A DNA stretch of 64,000 nt from the human T2T-CHM13v2.0 reference genome, Homo sapiens (GCF_009914755.1 NC_060936.1); one strand, 5' to 3'; positions 1 through 20,897 are shown, numbered from the stretch's first letter. Numbers and translations: made by a program. The notes: generated by a model not told the origin, from the letters alone.

Positions 1-193
1 TACTTTAAGAAGTTATTGTCTAAATGCCTTTCTAAAGTGATATCTATTTTGTCCCAATTACAAATTATTCATGGTTATTCCTAAAACTGGTAAATGCAGA
101 ATATTATAAAGAAAAAATACAATTCACTAACAATCATAACCCTCTTTGACATTTTGAGACATTTCTTTCTAATTATATGAGTGGGACTGGGCG

Positions 194-327
194 TTCACTC
201 ATTATTTATTCAACAAACATCTTTTTAGTAGGTGCTACGGGCCAGACACTTTTCCAGGTGATGGTGATACAGCAGTGACCAAAACAAACAAATAACCTTT
301 GCCATCATGGTGTTTACATTCTAGTAG
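194..327 (-). mobile_element. L2 3' end fragment
   Basis: TTCACTCATTATTTATTCAACAAACAT...CCAGACAC...TACATTCTAGT, the reverse complement of a typical L2 tail. Confidence 0.7.
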
Positions 328-1194
328 ATGATATTTAAAGACTCAGGAAAATATACAAATTTAACAACTAAATCAGGCTAATGATTTTGTTATTGTTCAG
401 TAAGGTGTTTATTGTTTCTTCCCTTTCCTATATGCTGGGAGCATTTTCCTTTTCTTTTTGTTTTTTTTTAAGCAAGATTGTCATTACATTGCTTTGTGAG
501 CCAACATAAAGGCCTTGCTGGGGTAAAAGGAAAACTCAATGTTTAAATTATGACTTCAGGAAGTTTATCCCACGGTGTGATGTTCTTAGCAGACCAATGA
601 CTGCCCAGTGGAGGCCTCAGAGTGAATTCTGGAGTATCCTGTCCTGAGAGCCAGACAATCCGAGTCCAGGACTCAATGTTCATGTCTCAGGTTTTACCAA
701 GTTGTCAGGCATCACCGTTTCTTCTTATGACTCTGAAACATTTATTTTGGTCTTAAAAAGAAAGTTTCCTGGAGTTAACAGAACGCATATTGTTTGTAGT
801 GCATCATCTTCTATTCCTGCAAGACTAACCTGGCTAATTACCCTGCCCCTTTGGTGGTTCTGATGAAAACAACTAAAACTTAAATCTTGAAAGAAGCTTC
901 AGAGTAGTGAGAATCATGGAGGTGGTTGGAGGGTGGGGATGGAGCAAAGCTCATCCTGTGATGGGTATTGTCGCCCCTGGACAAAGAGCGAAAGGACAGT
1001 GGGTCCCCTTCTATGTCTGGGCCACGACCATCGTGGCCTCCTCCTTTTCACACTGAGTCTCTCACTTCTAATTCCTCCCATTTCTCCTCTCTCCCACAGC
1101 CCCACATCCTTTGTCCCATAGAATCTGCAAAAAGGAAGAGAAGACTGTATTCCTCAAAATATCAAGGACGAGGATACTGTCTGACTTGGGAATA

Positions 1195-2128
1195 AACCAA
1201 TGGCATATACGAAGGTGCTTAACATCACTAATCACTGCGGAAATGCAAGTCAAAACCATAATGACATAGCTCCTCACACCTGTTAAAATGACTATTATCA
1301 GAAAGTCAAATGATAAGTGTTCATTGAGGGTGTGGAGAAAATGGAACTCTTGTACACTGTTGGTGGGATTGTAAATTGGTGTGGCCATTATGAAAAACAA
1401 TGTGGAGGTTGCCCATAAAACTAAAAATAGAATTCCCATATGATCAGCAATTCTACTTCTGAGTGTTTATCCAAATAAATTGAAATCAGTATTTCGAATT
1501 GATATCCACACTCCCTGTTCATTACGGCATTATTCACAATAGCCAAGACATGAAAACAACCTAAGTGTCCACTGATGAATGAAGAAATAAAGAAAAGGTG
1601 GAATGTATACATATACAATGGAATACTGTTCAGCCGTAAAAAATAAGAAAATCCTGTTATTTGAAGCAACATAGAAGAAACTGGAGGACATTTGCTAAGT
1701 GAAATAAGCCAGACACAGAAAGTCAAATACTGCATGATCTCACTTATATGTGGAAACTAAAGAGTTTGAACTCATAAAATCAGGAAGTACCAAAGGAGGT
1801 TCCCAAGGGCTGGGGGTGTTGGAGAAATGTGGGATTTTGGTCAAAGGATACAAATTTTCATTTATAGGATGAATAAGTTCTGGAGATCTAATGTACAGCA
1901 TGGTAACTATAGTTCATAACAATGTATTGTATCCTTGAAATGTTCTGAGAGAGTAGATCTTAAGTGTTCTCATCACACATTAAAAAAGGTAGGTATATGA
2001 GGTAATGGATAGGTTACTTAGCTTCACTGTGATAATCACTTCACAATGTATATGTGTATCAAAGTATCTCATTGTACACTGTAAGTATACACAAGTTTTA
2101 TCTGTTAATTCTACCTCAATAAAACTGG
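1195..2128 (+). mobile_element. Old L1 3' end (late L1MA/L1MB-like)
   Basis: Degenerate ORF2 C-terminal region plus 3' UTR ending TACCTCAATAAAACTGG. Confidence 0.85.
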
Positions 2129-2570
2129 CAGGGAGAGAATAAATCCATGAATGAATACAACTGCTGGGTAGAGGGAGGTGTTATATTAATAGACACAAAG
2201 GTAAGTCATCAAGAGGCATGGTTTTTCTTCTGTTGTCTAGAAGGGAACAAAGAAGGTGTTGATTTGTTGTTGGTATCTGCCTATCAAAGCCCTAGCCAGG
2301 ACAGAGTCTAGACATGAGGAGGCATTGCATACAATGAATAGCTCCACGGAGCTATAGGTGATGAAGACAATAGCTAACTTGTCTCCCTGCTTTAGGATTT
2401 TAATGCTGATACTTTTGGATGACATCTCTGCTTCTCTTCTTGTTTTTCATTCCACATTCTTCAATGCATTATTCACTTTACCGACAGCCTTATGCAAAAT
2501 GCAGCCATTAGCCACAAAGGGCTTTGCTACCAGATGGAGAGACAGTATAATGTAGTGTGAGATTGTGGAT

Positions 2571-3215
<645 letters not shown>

Positions 3216-3850
3216 ATACACATAGAAGACCTAAGTGTATAATCTTGGGAAAATTACATAATCTCTCTGTGCTTCAGTTTCCTTGTCTATAAACTGGGAG
3301 AAGTTATAGTACAAACCTCATTTAGAATTGTTATGGAGATTAAAAGAGCACTTAAAACATTGCCTGGCACAGAGTTGGTGTCCAATAAATGTTAGCTCTT
3401 ACTGTAATCAGATATAAGTTTAACCACCTCCTAATGATCAAAGCAATCTCTCAGTAAGGTCTGACTTTGGGGTTTCTAAATTAGAACCGTATGTCTGATA
3501 TCTTAAGATGATGAAAATCATATGCCATTTCAAAACTCCTACCTCACTTCAAAGCTTAACACGGAAAGTTTGGTCCTGAGCTGTACTTTCACAGCTGGGC
3601 AACCTGTAATCTGACAAACTTCTTTACACCATTAAGTCTGCAAATAGACTCTTACTGAATTTTGAAAATAAGCAGTATCATATTTTTATTAGGATGTAAA
3701 ATTAGGTTCACAGCTATAGAATTTTCCCAGCTTGTTTTTTGGTGATCTCTCAAGAGATTTAAACCCTACTTTACCAGGGTAAGAAGATAGTACTTGTCTT
3801 CTCAAAACTATGGCTTCCAGCCACAAATCCATATTAATATCACAGGATAA

Positions 3851-5700
<1,850 letters not shown>

Positions 5701-6707
5701 GGTTCAGACCAGAGACACATATTCTCCACTAATACATGCACAATGTGACATCAACGATTTCTCTTTAGCTTTTGAATCACGTACAATATCTAGTTCAAAC
5801 CCTTAAAGGTCTTGCTCAAAACGGCAACATGTGTGAAATCTCACTGGTTCATACTCATTCTAAGTGTAACAAAGGTCATATCAGAGACTCAAATCTAATC
5901 CAGATCAAGATTCTACCATGTGTCAGACGTGAGGGTTACAGACACGAGTCAACCATGGGCTTTGTCCTTGAGATCGCTGCTGAGAAAGAACATTCAGCCT
6001 CAAACTATAGGAGGCTCAATTGTGTCTACTTCTTGGCTCCTCCATTGTAATTCTTGCTACTGTCTTTTCCTTTCAGAGGAAGAGATCATAAACATTTTGA
6101 GAACAGAACTATGCCATTTTCAGTGATGTGCCCCTTAGGGCCAGCACAGTGCCTGGCCCATGGTATTTATTTAATAAGTATTTGAATGAATGAAGGGCAT
6201 GCTTCCATCTTCCTTTTGGAATACAGTATTTCCCTATGAATATCAATCTGTTCTAGATAAAGATAGCAGATGAAATATATGCAATATTCTCCACGGTCTC
6301 CTAAATACCCCATTAAAAAGCCAGTAAAAGGGTTAAAGAACAGTTACAAACCCAAACAAGGACAAAGAGAACGGATGATAAGACTTCACCCACAACACTT
6401 TGGAAGTTTGAATGTACATTGGTAATTACTAACCGGCTTTAGCAGATCTGAGAAAACAGAAGCCCATGCCAGAAGCAGGGAAAGCCAAGAAGAATTGCAC
6501 AACACTATCAGTTATCTGGGGAAGCATGAGGAGATGAGGCTGAAAATTGGAAGATCATTTAAAAGGCTGTTTTTAAGAAAGATTTTAATTCCTAGTGTTA
6601 ATACCTGGAATGGTGCTTGGTACATAATAGAGGCTTGATAAATATTGTTATGTGGATGAAGAGGTAAATGAAATTCAGCTACACAAAACCTTGCATACTT
6701 AAAAACA

Positions 6708-7024
<317 letters not shown>

Positions 7025-7070
7025 TAAACATTTTTATTCTGCTGGTGCACTTAATTGCTGATTTGGCTGG

Positions 7071-7530
7071 TGTATCAGTTATCTACTGCTGCATAACAAA
7101 CTACCCCAAAACTTGGTAGCTTAAAACAGCAACCATTTATTTAGCACACATTTCTATGGGATGCCAATTTTGGCTGTTCTCTACTGAGTTCATTCACTAG
7201 TGTGTCTGAGGCCAGCTGCTAATCACCTAGGTTGTTTTGCTTCTTGGGATCAGCTATTTGTTGGCTAGGGTGACAAGGTTTACTGGGCCATACGTCTCTC
7301 ATTATCCACCATCCTGGCCCAGGCTAGTTCACTTAGTAGTTGCAGTTTCTAAGAGCAGCAAGAGAAGAAGCTTCAAGGCTTCTTGAGGTCTTGGAACTTG
7401 CAGAACATCACTTACGCCACATTCTATTGTTCAAGCCCAGATTCAAGGGGCGGGATGGGGTTGGGGTGGGTGGTGACTCTACCTCTTTATGGGAAGAACT
7501 GCAAGTCTTGAGGTTATTTTTCCACACTTA
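7071..7530 (-). mobile_element. MLT1-family MaLR solo LTR
   Basis: Begins TGTATCAGTTATCTACTGCTGCATAACAAACTACCCCAAAACTTGGTAGCTTAAAACA. Confidence 0.75.
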
Positions 7531-7900
7531 CACAGCTGGGCATAGAATTCTTGGATGGAGCTAATTTTCTTTCAGAATTTTGAAAACATGGCTTTTTGTT
7601 TGTTTGTTTTGCTTCCTAGTTCCTGGCATTGCTACTGAAAACTCTGATACAATCCTGTCTTATTATTATTTATATATAATCTGTTTTTGATTTTGTTTTT
7701 ACCATCTCTGAAAGCTTTGTGGATTTTTTTTTAATTGAAAGAATGCTAAGATTTTATAATAATGTGACTTGGTATAGGTCCATTCTTATCCTTTGAGCAA
7801 GATGCCTGATGGATGCTTTCTATCTGGAAGCTCAGGTACTTCAAGCTGAAATATTTAATTGATGCTTTTCTTCCCTTCATTTCCTCTGTTCTTTCTATAA

Positions 7901-8869
<969 letters not shown>

Positions 8870-9906
8870 AACTTCAGGTCCTATTTTTCATATCTTTCTT
8901 TTTGCCAGGTTTTCTGGATGATTTCCTCAAATTTGTCATACAGCATTTATATCAAGTGTCAGAGAAAAACTAATAAATGTAGGCCTGGCCTTACAGGGTG
9001 TTTTCTGAAAATCATCACACACCTGATTGGTGATCAACGTTCTTTAAAGTTTGGGAATTGTTGCCTTTCCTAATATGGTGAAGACCTTCAGTTTTTTTTT
9101 TCTTTTTTTAAATTATAGATTCGGGGGGTACAAGTGCAGGTTTGTTACATGAGTGTATTGTATATAATGCTGAGGTTTGAGCTTCTAGCAAACGCATCAC
9201 TCCAACAGTGAACATGGCACCCAATAGGTCATTTTCAGACCTTGCCTCACTCCAATTCTCCCCACTTTTGGAATCCCCAGTGTGTATTATTTTCTTTCTT
9301 TTTTTTTTTTTTTGAGACAAGTTTTGCTCTGTCTCCCAGGCTGGAGTGCAGTTGTGCTATCTCAGCTCACTGCAAATTCCACCTTCCAGGTTCAAGTGAT
9401 TTTCATGCCTCCGTCTCTTGAGTAGCTTGGATTACAGGTGTGCACCACCATGCCTGGCTAATTATTGTGTTTTTAGTAGAGATGGGTTTTTTCCATGGTG
9501 GCCAGGCTGGTCTTGAACTCCTGACCTCAACTGATCCCCCTGCCTCGGCCTCCCAAAGTGCTAGGATTACAGGTGTGAGCCACCGCGCCAAGCCTATTGT
9601 TTTCATCTTTATGACAAGGTGTACCTATTGTTTATCTCCCACTTATAAGTGAGAACATGTGGTATTTGATTTTCTGCTTCTGAGTTATTTCACTTAGAAT
9701 AATGGCATCCAGCTCCCATCCATGTTGCTGCAAAGGACATGATTTCATTCGTGTTTATGGCTGTGTTGTATTCCATGGTATGAATTCCCTATATATGCCA
9801 CATTTTCTTTATCCAGCCATCTCTTGATGGACACAGGTTGATTCTACACCTCTGCTATTGTGAACAGTGCTGCAATACACATGCAAGTGGAGGTTTCCTT
9901 TTGATA

Positions 9907-10006
9907 TTAGGTTTGTACAAAAGTAGTTATGGCTTTTGCCATTAAAAGTAATGGCAAAAATTACTTTTAATGGCAAAAGCCGCCAATTACTTTTGCACCA
10001 ACATAA
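9907..10006. mobile_element. MADE1 (Hsmar1-derived MITE) with an expanded centre
   Basis: TTAGGTTTGTACAAAAGTAGTT...AATTACTTTTGCACCAACATAA, flanked by TA on both sides. Confidence 0.9.
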
Positions 10007-10250
10007 TATATTGATTTATTTTGCTTTGAGTAGATATGCAGTAGTGGGATTGCTGGATCGAATGGTAATTCTATGTTTAGTTTTTTGAGAAGTTTCCATA
10101 CTGTTTTCTGCAGTGGCTGTACTAGCTTACATTCCCACCAGCTGTGTATAAGAGTTTCCTTTTCTCCTCATCCTTGCCAACATCTTTTATTTTTGTCTTT
10201 TTAATAAAAGGCATTCTGACTGGTATAAGATTCTTATCTTGTTGTTTTGA

Positions 10251-10547
<297 letters not shown>

Positions 10548-10550
10548 TAA

Positions 10551-10700
<150 letters not shown>

Positions 10701-10792
10701 TAAATAGAGATGGTGTCTCCCTGTGTTGCCCAGGCTGGTCTCGAACTCCTGGGTTCAAGGGTTCCTCCCACCTTGGCCACCCAAAGTGCTAG

Positions 10793-11132
<340 letters not shown>

Positions 11133-11445
11133 CCATTTGCCCATTTTTTAATGGGATTATTTGTTTTTTTCTTGTTGATTTATTTAAGTTCCTTATAGAT
11201 TCTCGATACTAACTAGTCTTTTGTTGGATGCATAGTTTGCAAATAAATTACTCCCACTCTGAAGATTGTCTGATTACTGTGCTGATTATTTCTTTTGCTG
11301 AGCAGAAGCTCTTTTCTATTCCTACACACTCATCTGGAAGGTTTTTTTCTACTCCTGCAAACTTATCCTGAAGGTTGAGTTTTGCTATGGGTCTAAGCAG
11401 TACCCATGGGTGCTACTGGAAAATCTTATGCTTGAGAAAGAAAGA

Positions 11446-11781
<336 letters not shown>

Positions 11782-12307
11782 TCAGAAAATGGGAAGAAGG
11801 GGTGAAAAGGAGAGTAGGTTTAAAAAAAAAGATGAGTGCATGGGTCAAAACACTTTGGGTCTAAAATGACAGAAATTGTACTCACTGAGAGAAACAGAAT
11901 TTTTTGCTTTTGTAATTGACAAATTCATCTATCCATTTATTTACCTGCTTAACAATACTTATCAAGTACCTAATCTTTTCCAGGCCCTGTTTTAGGCCCT
12001 TGAGGTACATTAGTGTACAAAACAAAACAAGATCCCTTCCTGTTGGAGCTAATAGTAGAAATACATTCTTTTATTTTACTTTTATGTTTCCTGAATATAC
12101 ATAGTGCAGTAATTGTAGATGCTTCTCCAACATCTACTCTCCATCTGTGTTTATAGTTTGAAATGTGAATTTGAAAATCTGCTAATTACCTCTGCATACC
12201 TTTGGTTATTTTTTCCAAAAAAAAATATTAATTATTCTGGAAGCTTGATTTGCATCCCATTGGAGGGAGAAAAGGGAGATTAATTCCATCTAAAACTCAT
12301 GACTCTA

Positions 12308-14245
<1,938 letters not shown>

Positions 14246-14720
14246 AGTTTATGACTTTAAAGCAGCTCAGGCCAACAAAACTCAAAAAATGAGTATGAAG
14301 AAAGTGATTTCATGACTAAAAATTTGCAGCTATTTCTTCAATGTGAGATTCCAAGAGGGGCAATGTTAGATTGTGCCTTAGTTTGTGCTTTTTGAAAGAG
14401 AGGCTTGAGTTGACATTTGACACGTGCTTAGATTGATCTGAACCCTAATATGGAAAAGAATCCCTACCGAGAGCATCAACAATGCCAGGTGAGAAGTTTT
14501 GTTAACTTACTTCAGTATAATTTCCCCAAATCAGCCCTATGCTTTGAGTGGACTTTTTTTCAATATTTACTGTGTTAGTCCGTTTTCACCTGCTGATAAA
14601 GACATACCTGAGACTGGGCAATTTATAAAAGAAAGAGGTTTAATGGACTCACAGTTCCACATGACTGGGGAGGCCTCACAGTCATGGCTGAAGACGAAAG
14701 GCAGGTCTGACAAGACAAAA

Positions 14721-15535
<815 letters not shown>

Positions 15536-18121
15536 TCAGATCTCATGAGACTTACTCACTATCACAAGACTAGCATGGGAAAGAACCACCCCCATGTTTC
15601 AATTACCTCCCAAAACACATGGGAATTATGGGAGCTACAATTCAGGATGAGATTTGGGTGGGGACACAGCCAAACTATATCTTTCTGCCCCGGCCCCTCC
15701 CAAATCTCATGTCCTCACATTTCAAAAGCAATCATGCCTTCCCAACAGTCCCCAAAGTCTTAACTCATTTCAGCATTAACTCAAAAGTCCACAGTCCAAA
15801 GTCTGATCTGAGATGAGGAAAGACCTTTCCACCTATGAGACAGTAAAATCAAAAGCAAGTTAGTTACTTCCTAGATAAAATGGGGGTGCAGATATTAGAT
15901 AAATACACCCATTCCAAATGGGAGAAATTGGCCAAAATGAAGGGGCTAAAGGCCCCATGCAAGTTTGAACTCCAGCAGGGCAGTCAAATATTAAAGCTCC
16001 AAAATGATATCCTTTGACTCCATGTCTCATATCTAGATCACACTGATGCACGAGTTGAGTTCCCATGGTATTGGGCAGCTCTGCCCCTGTGGCTTTGCAG
16101 GGTACGGCCTCCCTCCCAGCTGTTTTCATGGGCTGGTGTTGAGTGTCTGCTGCTTTTCCAGGCACACAGTGCAAGCTGTAGGTGGATCTACCATTCTGGG
16201 GTCTGGAAGACAGTGGACTTCTTCTCACAGCTTCGCTAGGCAGTGCCCCAGTAGGGACTCTGTGTGGGGGCACCCACCCCACATTTCCCTTCTGCACTGC
16301 CTTAGCAGAGGTTCTGCATGAGAGCCCCGCCCCTGCAGCAAACTTCTGCCTGGACATCCAGGTGTTTCCGTATATCTTCTGAAATCTAGGTAGGGGTTCC
16401 CAAACCTCAATTCTTGACTTCTATGCACCTGCAGGCTCAACACCAGGTGGAAGCTGCCAAGGATTGGGACTTGCACCCTCTGAAGCCACAGCCTGAGCAG
16501 CACCTTGGCCCCTTTTAGTCATGGTTGGAGTGGCTGGGATGCAGGGAACAAAGTCCCTAGACTGTACATAGCATGAGAACCCTGGGCCCAACCCACAAAA
16601 CCATTTTTTCTTGCTAGGCTTCTGGGCCTGTGATGGGAGGAGCTGCCCCAAAGGTCTCTGACATGCCTTGGAGACATTTACCCCATTGACTTGGTGATTA
16701 ACATTTGGGTCCTCCTTACTTATGCAAATTTCTGCAGCCAGCTTGCATTTCTCCTCAGAAAATGGGATTTTCTTTTCTATTGCATTGTCAGGTTGCAAAT
16801 TTCCCAAACTTTTATGCTCTGTTTCCCTTTTAAAACTGAACGTTTTTAACAGCACCCAAGTCACCCCTTGAATGCTTTGCTGCTTAGAAATTTCTTCCAC
16901 CAGATACCCTAAATCATCTCTCTCAAGTTCAACATTCCACAAATCTCTACGGTAGGGGCAAAATGCCACCAGTCTCTTTGCTAAAACATAACGAGAGTCA
17001 CCTTTGCTCCAGTTCACAAAAAGTTTCTCATCTCCATTTGAGACCACCTCAGCCTGGATGTCATTGTCCATATCATTATCAGCATTTTGGTCAAAGCCAT
17101 TCAACAAGTCTCTAGGGAGTTCCAAACTTTTCCACACTTTTCTATCTTCTTCTGGGCCCTCCAAACTGTTCCAACCTCTGCCTGTTACTCAGTTCCAAAG
17201 CTACTTCCACATTTTCAGGTATCTGCAACAACACCTCACTGCTGGTATCAATTTACTGTATTAGTCTGTTTTCACGCTGCTGATAAAAACATACCCAAGA
17301 CAGAGCAATTTAAAAAAGAAGAGGTTTAATGGACTCACATTTCCACGTGGCTGGGGAGGCCTCATAATCATGGCTGAAGGTAAAAGGCACATCTCACATG
17401 GCGGCAGACAAGAGATGAGAGCTCTTGCAGGGAAATTTCCTTTTATAAATCTATCAGATCTCATGAGACTTGTTCACTATCACAAGAATAGCATGGGAAA
17501 GACCTGCCCCCATAATTCAATTACGTCCCACCAGGTCTCTCCCACAACATGTGGGAACTGCAGGAGCTACAATTCAAGATGTGATTTGGGTGGGGACACA
17601 GCCCAACCATATCAGTGTATGTCCTTTTTAGATTTTTTAAACACTGTATTGATTTATTTCCTTCTATTATTTAAACCCCCATCCTTTAAGATCTCAGCAT
17701 TTTCAGATCTCTTAAAAATATTTCTCAAGTCGTCTTTGCAAAATTCTACAACATAAACTCTTTAAAATGTCCTTAGGATAACCACTGTAGTCCCTTATCA
17801 AGATAGAGTGACCTTATATAACTCTCTGTACCTCAGTTTCCTCATCTGTCAAAGGGCAGTAACAATGGTACCTATATCAGAGGGTTGTCATAGGGAGAAT
17901 ATCAGTTAATGCATGTAAAGCGTTTGGAATAGTTTCTATCTATAGTAATCATTCAAAAAGTAATAGTGACTACTCTATTATGAAGTTCAGTACTATTAGT
18001 ATACATGAGAGCTGAGTGATTGGAAGGAGATATTTCTGGCCCAGTGTTATCTTAGGATGATATCAGAGAGTGAATCGGTATTTGATCTTTTCAGGATGAA
18101 TAAATATAACACAGTGTTTGT

Positions 18122-18566
18122 TCTTTTTTATTTTTTATTTTTGTCATTTGAGACAGAATCTCACTGTGTCACCCAGGCTGGAGTGCAGTGGCATGATCAC
18201 AGCTCACTGCAGCCTCACCTCCCAAGCTCAAACAATCCTCCCACCTCCACCTCCCAGGTAGCTGGGACTATAGGTGTACCATCACGCCCAGCTAATTTTT
18301 ATTTTTACTTCAGTAGAGACAGGGTCTTGTTATGTTGTGGAGACTACTCCTGAACTCCTGGCCTCAATTGATCCTCCCACCTTGGCCTCCCAAAGTGTTG
18401 TGATTATAGGTGTCAGCCACTGCACCCAGCTAATTTTTTGTATTTTTTGTAGAGGTGGGGTTTTGCCATGTTTCCCAGGCTGGTCTCAAACTCCTGAACT
18501 CAAGAAATCCACCTGCCTCAGCCTCCCAAATTGCTGGGATTATAGGCATGAGCCACCACACCCAGC
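18122..18566 (-). mobile_element. Alu dimer plus an extra left monomer
   Basis: Full AluJ-like copy to ~18430, followed directly by another left arm. Confidence 0.85.
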
Positions 18567-18799
18567 TATCACAGTGTTCTTTCTGTATCCATCAAAAACT
18601 TGAAGGGACATTAAACTCTGCCCTTGAGACTTTTCTAGGATACACAGAGTCACCAGGCAGACAGAGATTCCTTGCGATTCTAACCACGTGACATTTAAAC
18701 CTGTAGATCCAAAACTACTGCCTTGCACCTTTATAAGGAACTGAAAACAGACAGGATTTGTTATTCACCCTGCCTCCTCATACTAAGAGTACAAACTAA

Positions 18800-19750
18800 A
18801 GCAGGGGTGGAGTGGTCATGATTGGGAAAGTGACATGGTTGATGTGGCACAGCATAATCTCACGAAGCAGTCCCTGCATCCCTGCCCAGCTTCTTATTTA
18901 AAGAATGATAGGCCATGCCAGTCTGAGGGCTGACCCATTTGCATAGCAACCCCTGCCCCTCGCCCCTCACCCTGGCTGTGATTTATGCATGGCCAAAAGC
19001 ACATCAGCTAATTCTCTTGCAGCCTAAGTGTCTCCCCAGCATGCCATTTGAAGATGGCTTATGGGCAAAGAGCTCATCTCTGGAATGCTGAAAGAGCTAA
19101 ATATTTGCTCAGTGGGCACTGCACCAAAGGCAGCCCTAGCTTTTTCACTTTGATTGTTGCTTCAAGGTAGGATTTTACACCTCTATCTGCTGTATACTTA
19201 ACCATCGAGACAGACTTGTCAGCCTCAGAAAAGCAGACCAATGTACACATTCCCTTTACCTAATCAGAATCAATTTTCCATTTCTGATTCCCAAGCCTAA
19301 TCCTTTCATACTACTTCTCTAAGTTCAATATGACTGGAGAAGGCTCAAAGAGCTTCAGATAAAATTTAAATTAATATTAAAGTAAGGGATTATCTCAGCT
19401 GAATTTGAGGAGGTCCATTTTTTTTTCAGCAGCTGGTGCTGTGTTTTCACATGCATGTGAAAGTATTCTGTAGAAAATGTCAATCCTACAAATCTGGGGG
19501 CAGGGCATAAGGTAGATTTAACCAATTGGGAGATATTTTTCATGCCTTCTTGAAGTAACTCGCAGATGCCTGACAGCAGCAGCTGTTTGGGCTCTTGCAA
19601 CGGCATTGCTCTATGACTCAGAGGGATGTTTACGCCAGAGAATGTTGCCACTGCAATACTACCCTCAGATGCCCCAGGAGAAAATAATTTGGAGCAATGA
19701 GTGGGGAAGGCAGGTCCCTGGGAAGATTTAGTCAAACTCAGATCCATATC
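18800..19750. promoter_or_regulatory. Candidate enhancer (E-box/MEIS/TEAD/octamer cluster)
   Basis: CAGCTG at 19396, 19430 and 19580; TGACAG 19571; GGAATG 19082; ATTTGCAT 18937. Repeat-free island. Confidence 0.35.
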
Positions 19751-19950
19751 TGAATGTAATTAATTAGCGGAATATGGAGAGGTGGAAAATACATGGGCTT
19801 TGGAGTCAGACAGACCCATCCATGATTCTTTGCTCTGAGCACTTTATATTTAGTTAGTCCAGCATTTATCTACTCTCTCTCATTCAACTAATATTCATTA
19901 AGGATCTATGTGCCAGACACTGTGCTAGGTGCTTGAGATATAATGATAAG

Positions 19951-20123
19951 CAGGACCGGCTGTATAATTTGTGGGACCAGTGCAAAAGAAAAATGCAGGA
20001 CCTCTTGTTCAAATATCATTACCAATTTCAAGATGGCAATGGCAGACCATGAAACCAAGCACGTGGCCCTTCTGAGTATAGGGCCCTGTGGGACTGCACT
20101 GTATGTCCATGAAGCTGGCCCTG
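19951..20123. mobile_element. MER45A-like hAT MITE inside an L2 fragment
   Basis: TIRs CAGGACCGGCT / AGCTGGCCCTG. Perfect 8-bp TSD ATGATAAG (19943-19950, 20124-20131). Confidence 0.8.
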
Positions 20124-20215
20124 ATGATAAGCCTCAGGAAAGAAGAGACTTTGTCTTCATGGAGCTGAGTTTCTGTGAAGAAATTTATTAATCACACTAA
20201 TTAATCTAAAATTAT

Positions 20216-20513
20216 GGCTGGGCGTGGTGGCTCACGCCTGTAATCCCAGCACTTTGGGATGCCAAGGCGGGCGGATCACGAGGTCAGGAGATCGAGACCA
20301 TCCTGGCTAACACAGTGAAACCCCATCTCTACTAAAAATACGACAAATTAGCCAGGCATGGTGGCACGCACCTGTAGCCCCAGCTATTCGGGAGGCTGAG
20401 GCAGGAGAATCGCTTGAAACTGGGAGGCAGAGGTTGCAGAGAGCCGAGATTGCACCACTGCCCTCCAGTGTGGGCAACATAGTGAGACTCTGTCTCAAAA
20501 AAAAAAAAAAAAA
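20216..20513 (+). mobile_element. Alu (AluSc/Y-like)
   Basis: GGATCACGAGGTCAGGAGATCGAGACCATCCTGGCTAACAC, with poly(A). Confidence 0.95.
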
Positions 20514-20897
20514 TGACCATGACAGGGGCTGTGAAGGAAAGGAGCCTGTGCTATGCATGCTTATGAGAGAGGTTTGACTAGTCAAGGAGACCAGGAAAGG
20601 CTTCCCCATAAGAGTAATGCTTGGGATGAGATTTGGAGGCTGGATAGGAGTTAACCAGGCAGAAATGAGAGCTGATCTTTGAGGGTCTTCATCACTCCAA
20701 AGCCCATGGACAGGGGTGAGCCTGCAAAGGAGAAAGAGGAGAAAATGTTTGCGTAGGAAGAAAACTAGGAGAGGGTCATGGAAGCCAAGAGAGGGTAGTG
20801 CTTCGAGAAGCAGAGGAGATCCACTCAGGTGACCCTGGCAAGTGAATCTCACATGCAACACAGAGATACACTCCCAAAGGCTTAGTGGAATTCCTGA

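Noticed and set aside
2526-2542. CTCF-like GCTACCAGATGGAGA
   Set aside because: It has mismatches at key core positions and lies at a MIR edge.
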